Origin: a bacterium
GTDB taxonomy: Bacteria; UBA8248
Length of the DNA: 64,000 bases
Reading direction: 5' to 3'
Assembly (NCBI GenBank): GCA_965207065.1
Contig: OZ242260.1
Span: 4,000,001-4,064,000 of the forward strand
Shown: piece by piece, positions 50,400 through 61,100 of the stretch
Layout: each line of letters opens with the position of its first letter
Position numbering within the stretch: the first letter of the stretch is position 1
Program-made: the position numbers and the translations under genes
The notes under the pieces: generated by a model
What the model was told of the DNA's origin: nothing
The model's database searches: none
The model's input: only the letters and a program-made list of their open reading frames with translations

Positions 50400-51023
50400 T
50401 TAGCTATCAGATTCTTTCTTCCTGGGAAACGGCTCCAGGTCATCTAAGTCCACTTTCTGCTCGAGTTCGTCGTGGCAGGCGTCACAACGCGGCTGCGCGG
50501 TGGCCGCCACCATGAACCCCTTTTCCCTCTCTCCGCCGAGGCGGTGGCCATTGTGGCACTGTACGCAGTCCGTCTTTAGCTCGTCGTGATCCGATATGGC
50601 GTGAAACGCGTCGTCGGCCAACTCCAGGAGGCGCTCCTCGTCGTGACACTTCACGCAGTCCTTATCGAGTATGGGATGGAAGACGCGCGAGGGCTGCTCG
50701 TAATCGCCGATGATGAATTTGTAGAGGTCCTTGTTCGCCAGAATCGTCGTACGGATCATCCCCGTGATGCCCTCTTCCCCGTGGCATGATATGCACCTCA
50801 CACCGCCTGCGCTCTTGTGCCATCCGCCCAGCGTCCTGACCTCTTTCTTGGCACGCGCGCCGTCGTCGAGATAATCCTGGTGATCCTGGAGGTGGCAGAC
50901 CGTACAGAACGGATCATAAGACTCCACGGCGCGAATCCCGTACAGACTGCCGACCCCGAGCAGAGGGGACAGCAAGACGAGCAGAATCAACCATCGCCAC
51001 CAGCGTCTCCGGGAGCTTCGCAT
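50400..51023 (-). CDS. Membrane-anchored multiheme cytochrome c (NapC/NirT-like, five CxxCH)
   Basis: N-terminal TM; CTVCH, CISCH, CVKCH, CVQCH, CDACH. Confidence 0.85.
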   Translation of the reverse strand: MRSSRRRWWRWLILLVLLSPLLGVGSLYGIRAVESYDPFCTVCHLQDHQDYLDDGARAKKEVRTLGGWHKSAGGVRCISCHGEEGITGMIRTTILANKDLYKFIIGDYEQPSRVFHPILDKDCVKCHDEERLLELADDAFHAISDHDELKTDCVQCHNGHRLGGEREKGFMVAATAQPRCDACHDELEQKVDLDDLEPFPRKKESDS

Positions 51024-51154
51024 TCAGGTTCTCCTCGGCGCAAGCATTCCCTCGCTCGCGCTCCCCATCTGCCAGGATATCGAAAGTACCACACGATCTT
51101 CCTCATTATAGCGCGATTTGCTAGGATGGTTCCTGAAGACAGGAGGTTGGCTCG

Positions 51155-51520
51155 ATGGCCAGAACGAGATTCAGCGCAAAAAAACGTCGCCCGGGGAGAA
51201 GGAGCGTCGCCGCACCGTCCGCCCCCACCGGAGAAAGCGCAAAACAGATCGCCGCGCGCCTCAAGTCATCGGCGAGCGTGGGCAAGAGCGCGCAGGAATA
51301 CCGGCGCAAATCGCTTGATATTCACGGGTGGTTCTGCGCAAAATGCGGCCGGGATTTCGATGAGAACAACCTCCACATCCTGACGGTCCACCACCGAGAC
51401 GGCGATCACAAGAACAATCCGCCTGACGGAAGCAACTGGGAGAATCTGTGCGTGGATTGCCATGAGGACGAACACTCCCGTGACATGCTGGGTCGCTACC
51501 TGAGCGATGACCGCGAATAA
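51155..51520 (+). CDS. yajD: YajD family HNH nuclease
   Basis: CAKCGRDF...LTVHHRDGDHKNNPPDGSNWENLCVDCH. Confidence 0.88.
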   Translation: MARTRFSAKKRRPGRRSVAAPSAPTGESAKQIAARLKSSASVGKSAQEYRRKSLDIHGWFCAKCGRDFDENNLHILTVHHRDGDHKNNPPDGSNWENLCVDCHEDEHSRDMLGRYLSDDRE

Positions 51521-51544
51521 CCGCCACCAGACACGCTCATCATC

Positions 51545-52834
51545 ATGATATTGTCGGTCAAACCATCCATCGCCAAGGGGACCACAGGCGTACCCGGCTC
51601 GAAATCCCACTCCATCCGCGCCGTCGCGTTCGCTTCTCTTGCTTCCGGGAAAAGCACGATATCAAACCCCCTCGATTCTGAGGACGGCCTCTCTGCGGCG
51701 AGCGTTTACGGGAGTTTCGGCGCGGCGGTCCACAAGGAAAAAGACGTCTGGTCGGTGGAGGGTTTCGGCGCGCGGCCCGTAGCCCCGCAAGGGGTTCTCG
51801 ACGTTGGGAATTCGGGAACCACCTGCCGGATGGCGCTCGGCACCGCCGCCCTCTTGCGGGAGGGCGAAGCACGCTTCGACGGCGATTCCCAGACCAGAAA
51901 ACGCCCGATGGGGCCGCTGCTCGATGCGCTCTCGAACCTGGGCGCAAGGGCGCAGTCGACTGGCAGTGGGTATCTCCCCGTCACGGTAGGCGGCCCGTGG
52001 CGCGGCGGCCGGACGAAAGTCGACGGTACGACCAGCCAGTTCACTTCCTCCCTGCTCCTGAACGCGCCTTTCGGCGAGGAGACGACCACCATCGAGCCCA
52101 TTGACCTGAACGAGCGTCCATATGTGGAGATGACGCTGTGGTGGCTGGATCGCCTGGGTCTCAAATACGAACGCGATGAATACCGCAGCTTCACCGTTCC
52201 GGGCGGGCAGACGCTCTCGGGATTCGACGTCACCGTCCCTGCGGATTGGAGTTCCGCCGCCTTTTTGGTGGCAGCAGGCGCGCTGCCGGACGGCGACGTG
52301 ACGCTCGAGGGTCTGGACCTCGACGACTCACAGGGCGACAAGGAGATACTCCGATTCGTGGATGAAATGGGGGCGGATGTTCTCGTATCAGAAACCAGCA
52401 TCCGAATCCGAGGGAAGGCGCTACGCGGAGGGGAATTCGACTTGAACGCTACGCCTGACCTGCTGCCCGTCATGGCCGTGCTCGGCGCGTTCGCCGACGG
52501 AGAGACCAGGCTCGTCAACACGCCCCAGGCCCGCATCAAGGAGACAGATAGAATTTCCGCCATGCGTGAAGTCATCGAAACGCTGGGCGGCGAAGCGAGG
52601 GAACTGGCGGACGGCATCATCATCAAAGGCAGGGGGTTGAAAGGCGGGAAAGTTCACGGGTTCGGCGATCACCGCATCGTCATGTCCGCCGCCGTGGCCG
52701 GACTCGCTGCGCCGGAGGGGGTATCGGTCGACACGGCGGAGGCGATGGCGGTAACATTCCCTGATTTTTGCGAGCGCATGGCGTCGCTGGGCGCGGACAT
52801 GGAGACGAGGGATTCACACGATGCCGATTTATGA
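51545..52834 (+). CDS. aroA: 3-phosphoshikimate 1-carboxyvinyltransferase
   Basis: PGSKS, GNSGT, KRPM, SQFTS, RIKETDR, DHRI. Confidence 0.95.
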   Translation: MILSVKPSIAKGTTGVPGSKSHSIRAVAFASLASGKSTISNPLDSEDGLSAASVYGSFGAAVHKEKDVWSVEGFGARPVAPQGVLDVGNSGTTCRMALGTAALLREGEARFDGDSQTRKRPMGPLLDALSNLGARAQSTGSGYLPVTVGGPWRGGRTKVDGTTSQFTSSLLLNAPFGEETTTIEPIDLNERPYVEMTLWWLDRLGLKYERDEYRSFTVPGGQTLSGFDVTVPADWSSAAFLVAAGALPDGDVTLEGLDLDDSQGDKEILRFVDEMGADVLVSETSIRIRGKALRGGEFDLNATPDLLPVMAVLGAFADGETRLVNTPQARIKETDRISAMREVIETLGGEARELADGIIIKGRGLKGGKVHGFGDHRIVMSAAVAGLAAPEGVSVDTAEAMAVTFPDFCERMASLGADMETRDSHDADL

Positions 52835-53153
52835 ATACGAGTGCAGGGAATGCGGCTTCATCTCCGGCCATCTGGTGATGAAGCCATCGGACAGGAGAAA
52901 GCTCACCTGCCGCTCCTGCGGGAACAAGAGGCTGAGAAAAATCATGTCGCGCTTCTCCTCGCATCAGACCGAAGCCCAGCGGCTAGATTCGTTCGACCCG
53001 TCGAAGCCGCAGGACGGCTCTTTCTACAAGGACGATCGCAACATCGGGCTCTGGGCGCAGAAGCGCGCCCAGCAGCTGGGCGTCGACCTGGGCGATTCTT
53101 TTGGTGAAACCCTGGAAAAGGGGCGTTCGAAAAAAATTCTCGATAATCTCTGA
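52821..53153 (+). CDS. FmdB family zinc-ribbon protein
   Basis: MPIYEYECRECG...CRSCG..L.K.MS. Confidence 0.85.
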   Translation: MPIYEYECRECGFISGHLVMKPSDRRKLTCRSCGNKRLRKIMSRFSSHQTEAQRLDSFDPSKPQDGSFYKDDRNIGLWAQKRAQQLGVDLGDSFGETLEKGRSKKILDNL

Positions 53154-53178
53154 GGCCATCTTGAGCAACGATACGAAG

Positions 53179-53841
53179 ATGAGCGAGGCGCTTCGCGCCG
53201 AGGCGGAGCCGCTTTGGGAAAAAATTCATGCGCACCCCTTCGTGCGCGGCATCGGAGACGGCACGCTGCCGATGGAGCAGTTCCGCTTCTATATGCGCCA
53301 GGATTATATTTTTTTGAAGGAATACAGCCGCGTCACCGCCCTGGCCGTCGTGAAGGCCCCCGAACTGACGGAGATGGGGCGTTTCGCCGATCTTTTGAAC
53401 GCCACCCTGAATGCCGAGATGGAACTCCACCGGGGGTTCGCGGCGAAATTCGGAATCTCGGCTGATGAGATAGAGGCGACGGAGCCGGCGCCAACGTGTA
53501 AGGGATACACTGATTTCCTGCTCGAGGCGGCCTATGCGGGCACGTTCGGAGAGATCGCCGCCGCCATGCTCCCCTGTCAGTGGGATTACGCCATCATCGG
53601 TGAGTTGCTCGCCGCCAGGGGCATTCCCGAGAACGCGCCGCTCCACGCCGAGTGGATAGAAACCTATGCGTCTGATGAATTCGCGCAACTCGCCCGCTGG
53701 CTGCGCGATATGTTCGATGAGGCCGCATCGACGGCAGGTCCCGCCGAGCGCGAGCGGATGCGCGCGCATTTTCTGATGGGCACGCGGTATGAATACCTCT
53801 TCTGGGATATGAGCTGGAAGATGGAGGAGTGGCCCCTGTAG
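53179..53841 (+). CDS. tenA: Thiaminase II
   Basis: HPFV, FRFYMRQD, PCQWDY (catalytic Cys), WIETY, EYLFW. Confidence 0.92.
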   Translation: MSEALRAEAEPLWEKIHAHPFVRGIGDGTLPMEQFRFYMRQDYIFLKEYSRVTALAVVKAPELTEMGRFADLLNATLNAEMELHRGFAAKFGISADEIEATEPAPTCKGYTDFLLEAAYAGTFGEIAAAMLPCQWDYAIIGELLAARGIPENAPLHAEWIETYASDEFAQLARWLRDMFDEAASTAGPAERERMRAHFLMGTRYEYLFWDMSWKMEEWPL

Positions 53842-53869
53842 CCCCCAGGCCCGCCTGTCGAGAGAATAT

Positions 53870-54403
53870 ATGAGCCCCGGAACGCGAACAGACATGCCCA
53901 ATCCTCCGCGATGCGCCTGGGCGGAGGGCGACCCGGTGATGGAGAAATACCACGACGAGGAATGGGGGTTTCCCGTCCGTACGACCCGGAAACACTTTGA
54001 GCAACTCACGCTGGAAATCTTTCAGGCGGGCCTCTCCTGGCGCACGATACTGCACAAGCGCGAGGCGTTCAGAATTGAGTTCGCGCGGTTCTCGCCCGAG
54101 AAGGTCGCCCGTTTCACCGGGAAGGACATCGAGCGCATCCTCGGGAACCCGGGCGTGGTGCGGAATCGCAAGAAAATCGAGGCGGCCATCGAGAACGCCG
54201 GGAGATTCCTCGCCATCCAGAAAGAACACGGCTCGTTCAACCGCTATCTCGCCTCCCTGCCGGACGATCTTCCCGCATTGCAAAAGATATTCCGCGCGGA
54301 ATTCGCCTTCATGGGACCCAAAATCGCCGAAGCCTACCTCGAGAGCGTCGGCAGGATACCCGCACCCCACGACCCGCGCTGCTGGCGTTTTGTAAAAACA
54401 TGA
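53870..54403 (+). CDS. tag: DNA-3-methyladenine glycosylase I (start may be 53894)
   Basis: RCAW...YHDEEWG, FQAGLSW, RNRKKIEA, HDPRC. Confidence 0.92.
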   Translation: MSPGTRTDMPNPPRCAWAEGDPVMEKYHDEEWGFPVRTTRKHFEQLTLEIFQAGLSWRTILHKREAFRIEFARFSPEKVARFTGKDIERILGNPGVVRNRKKIEAAIENAGRFLAIQKEHGSFNRYLASLPDDLPALQKIFRAEFAFMGPKIAEAYLESVGRIPAPHDPRCWRFVKT

Positions 54404-54413
54404 TTCCATTTGA

Positions 54414-54426
54414 TATCAATTAGTTA
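54414..54426 (+). promoter_or_regulatory. IHF consensus match
   Basis: TATCAATTAGTTA matches WATCAANNNNTTR exactly. Confidence 0.45.
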
Positions 54427-54519
54427 GCGATTGACAATTAAAGTGTTTCCCGCCTTTCCCCCCGCCCTTCCGCCTGTGCTCTTTTCTGAAGACCCCGGGG
54501 CCGCAAGCCGCCCTTGCCG

Positions 54520-54680
54520 CGCAAATCCCCGCATTTGCCGTTATCGGGAGATTCGCCGTCCGTGGCAGAATTTTCCTGCGCCCGGATTCGGCGGCGTCAA
54601 TTCCCAAGGATTTTAATTGTCGGAAATTTATCGAATAACCCCGTGAATTTATCTGTATTTATCTATATTTTCGGAAATTC
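54520..54680 (+). repeat. Copy B of conserved non-coding element
   Basis: Contains tccccgcatttgccgttatcg and gaaatttatcgaataaccccgtgaatttatc, inverted at 49160-49309. Confidence 0.9.
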
Positions 54681-54901
54681 CGGTTCGTCTCATATCACGG
54701 GAAACAGCGCGGACGATACCATGCGCGCACCGCTCCACCGCCGACCCCGAGGCCGCCATCGAACGCTGCCTCGAAACCCGTAACCGCGATCCCCGGCCGT
54801 TTCACCGGACAAAGGCCGGCCGGCGGCGTCCTGGCTTCCACCGAACGCTTCCGCCGAAGGACGCCCGGCGTCCGGGAGAAAGTGGAACAACAACTCCTGA
54901 A

Positions 54902-55169
54902 TCAGGACGCTAGATCGAGAGCCAGCCGCCGTCGATCGCCAGCGTGTGGCCGGTCACCATCGAGGAGGCGGGGCTCGCGAGGTAGAGGATGCCGCCGGCG
55001 ATTTCCTCGGGCTCGCCGAGCCGGCCGAGCGGCGTGCGCGCCCTGATCTCGTCTTCGAGCCCGGGCCGGCGCTGACGCAGGTCGGCGCCGAGATTGGTGT
55101 AGAAGAAGGTCGGCGCGATGGCGTTCACCCGGATGCCCCGGCCCGCCCATTCGACGGCGAGCGAGCGGG
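54902..55169 (-). pseudogene. Duplicated 3' end of the SDR gene (direct repeat of 61533-61800)
   Basis: 268-bp alignment with 6 mismatches; no 5' part of the gene. Confidence 0.93.
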
Positions 55170-58100
55170 GGCGTAAGAACCTCCATGAATTCCTTCTCTG
55201 GAGTCTCTCCGGAAACCTCGGCGTTAATACCGAACTACAAGGACCAATCGGGTAATTTTAATTGCCTTATCAGCTAGTGACGGCATATATAGTGTATGAC
55301 TTTGTGGCACCTGAACATTTCTTGCCATAGCCTGAAGGTGTCAATCGAATCGGGTTAACTCCAACATGACATTCCAAAATTGGATATGTATTATTAATCG
55401 AAATGAGACAGTTCCATAATGACAACTTGCTAAGGTGATGCAGGTAAATTTTGCATGTAGATAGTAAAGAGGATTAACTAAAGTGAGAGACGTGATCGAT
55501 ATAAACGAGCACATCATCAATCAGATTGCCGACTTCCGTCGGTTGCTTCTTGGGCTAACGCTGCGTAATCCACTACTATCCTGTCCACATGGCCAAAATG
55601 TTAAAACTCAAGTCCGTATTGTCGACGAATTGCCGGATGCAGTATTCGATCGCCTCACAAGTGACGGTGAGTTCGAGTTTGAGCCGTTGCCGGAACCTCG
55701 GAACACCCCCGACGACGAGGACGATGAAGAGTTCAAGCAGGCACTTTCAGACTACAAGAGAAGCAGTCTGGCTCACCAACAAGCGCTCAAGCAGCTTAAA
55801 CAATCAAACCAGGGAACCGAGCCCCTTGAAAAACTGGAACGCGAGGCACGCGATTATGTCCGCCTCTTGTTGGAACGAGGCAAGTGGGAGCCCGAGCAAG
55901 GTCTTTCGCAAGAGGCCTTGGCGCGGCGCCACGGAATCAATCCGTCTTATGAGCTGCCGTCCTCTGATCGGGAAGAACAAATCGAGCGGCACCATGACGA
56001 CACTCTGCAAACGCTGTTCTCCGAGCAGGACCTGATCCCACGGCTGCGGAGGCTCCGAGAGCGTGCCCGGTCGGATCTGCGGGACCGTGGCGTGGGCACT
56101 TTGTTTGCCGCTTTTGGGTTCCTCGAATGGTACGAGGACGACGCTTCACAAAGGGTGCACTTGGCACCGCTGGTCCTCGTACCAGTAGAACTAGACCGAG
56201 CGTCTCGCAACAACCGTCAAGTCTACAAACTTCGCGCGACTGACGAAAAACCGAAGAGCAATGCCACGCTCGCGGAATATCTGAACCAGAAATTTGAAGT
56301 AGAGCTGCCTGAACTGACCGACGATGATTCACCGGAGAGTTATTTCAAGAAAATCGAAGACTTTGTGTCGAAATTCCAGCGTTGGCGCATGCGCCGCTTC
56401 CTGACGATCCACATTTTTACGGACGCCAAGCTTGCCATATACACCGATCTCGACTGGGATGCCTGGCCAGATGATGACACGTTGTCGAAGCATGATGGCA
56501 TACGCCAGTTGATGTCCGAGACCGGTGTTGCGGATGTTTCCTACGTGGAAGGCCACGATATCGACGGAGACCAAACCGCGTTTCGATTTCCGACGCTTAT
56601 CTGCGATGCTGACTCATCTCAGCATAGCGCAATTGTTGATGCCCTAGATAAAGGCAACCTGACAATATACGGACCTCCCGGAACCGGCAAGTCGCAAACA
56701 ATTACAAACCTCATTGCCGCAGCCTTGGATGCCGGAAAGACTGTGTTGTTTGTAGCGGAAAAGCTGACAGCGCTTGATGTTGTCCACAAGAAATTGTGCG
56801 AAGCGGGACTTGATCGTTTTTGCTTTGTTCTGCATTCGGGCGGGATTCGTAGAGAAGCTGTTCGTCGAGCTTTACGCAAGCGCGTAGACGCGATGCCCCC
56901 GGATTTCGACCAAGCCACTTATGAAAATCTCAGGAATGACTGGGAGGCTCAAAGGAATGCGTTGAAGCTCTATGCATCGATCATGGGAGATCGAATAGGC
57001 GAACTTGGAATCACCGTTCACGAAGTCCTGTGGGAAGAAATTCGGAGGCGGGAAGCGGGTAAATCCCTTTCGCCGAACATCGCAATGATTAGGCTACCGA
57101 AAACAGACGCCCTAGCACTCACAGCGAACGGTCTTCAAGGAACGAAACGAAAGATAGGCGACCTCGTGTCAGCGTATGAGGCGCTCGGTGAGTCGGGGAC
57201 ACGACCATGGCGCGGAATCATGGGCGCGAACCTTCCACCAACTGAGGTTGATCCAACACGCCATCGACTTGCCACTTGGCGGGAAGCAGTCAGCAGTCTC
57301 GCGGTAAAAGCGGCATGTTTGTCAGATACTATTGATCCGATGAGTCTCGATGGTATCGATCAAGTCATCTACGCAACAATGTTACTGGTGGATTACGCCG
57401 GATTGGGCTGTAAGTACGACCTTGCGACGCTGGCTTCCAAGGATACCCAACGCGCGGTGATAGCAGCCAACGACGCCGAGACGAGGGCATCAAATTACGC
57501 CCGTACAATATGCGAAAGATTCAGTCTCGACCCGGCTGAACTGTCGGCTACGGTCGAGGGTTTTCGCTCGATAGCGGATGAAGCATCCGCACTGGACTGC
57601 GCCGATCAGACAGTGGGTAAGCTAGCCAGCTTAGCTGAATCAAACCGCCTTAAGGCTGACGAACTTGTTCAAGTAAACTCCGCCATCGAATGTCTGTGCC
57701 GTCTGTTCGATATTGCCGAGCCTGAAGCCGGATCGGTCCAAACTATCGCGCAAGCCATGACCGTCATAAGACAGACTACTCGTTCGCTCTTGCTCTCAAG
57801 AAAGGGTGAATGGGTTGAAGAAGGTGCCCATATGTATTTAGCGGAACTGGAGGCTTCGATAAAGAAAAAGCGCCTGGAAGGAGAGACTCTTGACAAGCAG
57901 TTCAACATGAAGGAGCTCCCTAGCTCATCTGAACTTCGAGTAGCCGGTCAAAGACTGAAACAGTCGCGTACTCCAAGGTGGTTGTCTTCACAGTCAAGAC
58001 GCGCCGTAAAACTATATCGTGGGCTCGCTCGCGAGCGCAGAAAGGTCGACACCGAGACAATGGCTTATGATCTTCTGCGCTTGTCCGAGTACGCGGACGA

Positions 58101-61100
58101 GGTTGCGTCACTACAAGTAGATGAAAAGGGGAATGCGCTTTTTAGCGACCGCTGGCAGGGGGTAGATACCGATTTTCGCGAAGCCATGGAGGTGGCTGAC
58201 TGGGCCGCTAAGATAGCCAGGGACTTCTCAGGTATCGGGGAAGGCCGCGCCGAAATTCGTCATAAGCTGCTTCACGGCGGTGTGGATATCCTGGATGAGA
58301 TTATCCACATACTAAATGGCCTTGGGGACTTGCGCGTCGAAAACCACTACCCGACAGTGGGCGGTCCAATTGGCGACCCAAAAGACTTGATGGAGCGCGC
58401 TCTACGAATCGATACGCTTGCTGATCTTTCCAAGAAAGCTGGTTTGCCAGAAGATTTTCAGTTGAGTGACACCAATGCAGTCGCTGACTTAATCGCTCAT
58501 TACCGTCAAGAGCATGCGGCCGCGCAGGAAATTCCGGTTCCACGCCTGGACGGTGGTACAGCGACGAATGATGAAACTGCAGGTAACCTCGCAAAACTCT
58601 GCTCTACCATCCATGAAAAAGAGCTAACCGCAGAAGTTTGGCGCGCGGCCAATAAGGCGTATGCCGAGTATGGACCGGACAAGACCGGCGAATGGCTTGA
58701 GAATCTCCAGAACGCAGTCGTTGAGGAAGAAGAAGCATGGGACGCCTGGGCTTCCCCACTTGAAGTGAATGAAACAAAATTTTTCGACGGCGTCGAACGA
58801 AACGCTATACCATTGGACGTCATGCGTCAGCGAGCCGATCAGTGCCTAGATGGTGGGAACACAATTATTGAATGGTGCCGTTACCGACGCATTTGGGACG
58901 ACATCCTTTATACCGAGGCGAAGCCGCTTCTGGAATCCTTCGAACAAAGCAAAATCGAAGTTGGGCAGTTACCCATCGCTTACGAAATGGCCCTTTACCG
59001 GTCTCTAGCCTCCATCATTTTTCATAAGTATCCTAGGCTTGAACAACTTACGGGCGAGCAACTTCATAATCACAAGCAAGCCTATTGTGAAACTGAAGAG
59101 AACCTCCAGAAATTGGAATGCGCGCGTATTGCCAATGAGCTTCATCATCGCCCTGTGGAGCGTGGAATATCGACAGGGCCGCCAAGTACTCTCACGGAAC
59201 GAGCGCTTATCAATCATCAACTAGACGTGCGTGGTGCGAAAGTATCGCCCCGCGACTTGATAAATCGGTCGGGCAAGGCCCTCCGTCAGCTCAAACCGTG
59301 TTTCATGATGTCGCCCACGACCGTGTCAGAGTTACTACCGAGAGAATCGGAACTTTTTGATCTGGTCGTGATCGATGAGGCGTCACAAATGCTGCCTGCG
59401 GACGCCTTGGGGGCCATCGCCCGCGCGAGAAGCGCAGTGATTGTCGGAGATCCGCAACAGCTTCCGCCGACGGCATTCTTTCAAGGCGTTCTGGCCGGAA
59501 CTGACGGAGACGATGGGCTCGCGACAGCCTCGGAATCAATCCTTGATCTCGCGATGTCGGCTTGGCGCCCACATCGACATCTGCGATGGCACTATCGCTC
59601 TCGCCACAGTGCGTTGATCCAGTTCTCGAATTTCAAATTCTACGATAACCGATTGCTCGTATTCCCCGGCCCTGATGAAGGCGCATCTGATGACGGAGTC
59701 AATTTCCGTTATATCGACAATGGAATCTATTTGGATGACCGAACAAACATTCTTGAGGCAGAGCGTATTGTAGAGGCGGTGCTCGCTTTCACGGCAGATA
59801 GAGATAACTGGAAGCGCAGCCTCGCTGTCGTCACTATGAATCAACCTCAGCGCGACCTCTTGGATGAGATGTTGGATAAGGAGGCTTCGGAAAACGATTC
59901 GCTCGCCGGTTACATTCGCCGATGGGAAAACGAACTCGAACCGCTCACGGTTAAGAATCTGGAAAGTGTTCAGGGTGACGAGCGTGACGTTATCTTCATC
60001 TCGACCGTTTACGGACCCCGAACCCCGGGAGGCCCTGTGTCGCAGCAGTTTGGCCCAATAACACAGCAAGGTGGGGAGCGGCGTCTGAACGTTTTGTTCA
60101 CGCGTGCCCGTTGGCGTATCGACCTTTTTTCTTCGATGCGCGCCAACGATATTCACCCGCATCCTGGAGCGCATCGCGGGATAGAAATTTTGCGCGATTA
60201 TCTGGAATACGCAGCGACTGGCCGTATAGAATCCGGCACATCAACGGGTAAGCCAACCGAGAGCCCATTTGAGGAGCATGTCAAGGAGAAGCTGGAGGTG
60301 GCGGGATACGACATCACACCGCAGGTGGGCGTCGCTGGCTACCGCATCGACCTTGGTGTCAAGCACACCGACTACCCGGACGGCTTTCTGCTAGGTGTCG
60401 AATGCGACGGCGCAACCTACCACTCCGCAAAATCTGTTCGTGACCGCGACCGACTGCGCGAAGCCGTTCTTCGCGGCCTCGGTTGGGACATCTACCGCAT
60501 ATGGTCCACCGACTGGTTCAGTGACACCGGCCGAGAGATGGAAAGACTGCTTGACTATCTTCAGAGAAAATTAACCGAGTTACGAGAAGGACGCGAGACC
60601 GGGGAACCCGAGTTGGAGGGTACCGTTGTCGAAGAAGTTGAAGTCCTGGAAGAAGTCAGGGACATCACGGGTGAGGCGATAGTAGACAGGGATGTACCTG
60701 AGGACGCTTCCGATAGATTGCTGGAACCCGAGATTGTTGAGGTTGGCGATACCGTCTTTTATCGTAGAAATGTAAATGACGCGGAAGTTCGCAAAGTGGT
60801 CATCGTCGCCGGACCTAACGATCCGGACAAGGGCATGATCAACGAAACCAAACCATTCGCCCGGGCCGTACTTGGACGATGCCGTGGCGAAGTAGTTACC
60901 GTCAATCAACAAAACAGTCATGCCGAGCTTGTGATCGAGAGAGTTTTCAAGGGGCAGTTGCCCGCTGGTGATAAGATACTGGATTCCGGGCAACCTGAGT
61001 TATTTCCTAGTGGAAACGGCATACGTGCATATCACGGTTGGCATGGCAGCGCTCCGGATCCGAGAAGTATATCGACTAAGGATTTGGCTAACACCCTTAG

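Noticed and set aside
51155-51520. HNH gene as homing endonuclease or defence nuclease
   Set aside because: Matches the conserved YajD family, has host-like composition and is operonic with aroA.
52821-53179. TPP riboswitch upstream of tenA
   Set aside because: No intergenic room and no CTGAGA...ACCTGA core; tenA appears operonic.
54623-54653. Possible dif/Xer site in the conserved element
   Set aside because: One arm (TTATCGAATAA) is XerC-like, but no TTATGTTAAAT-like arm follows at a 6-bp spacing.
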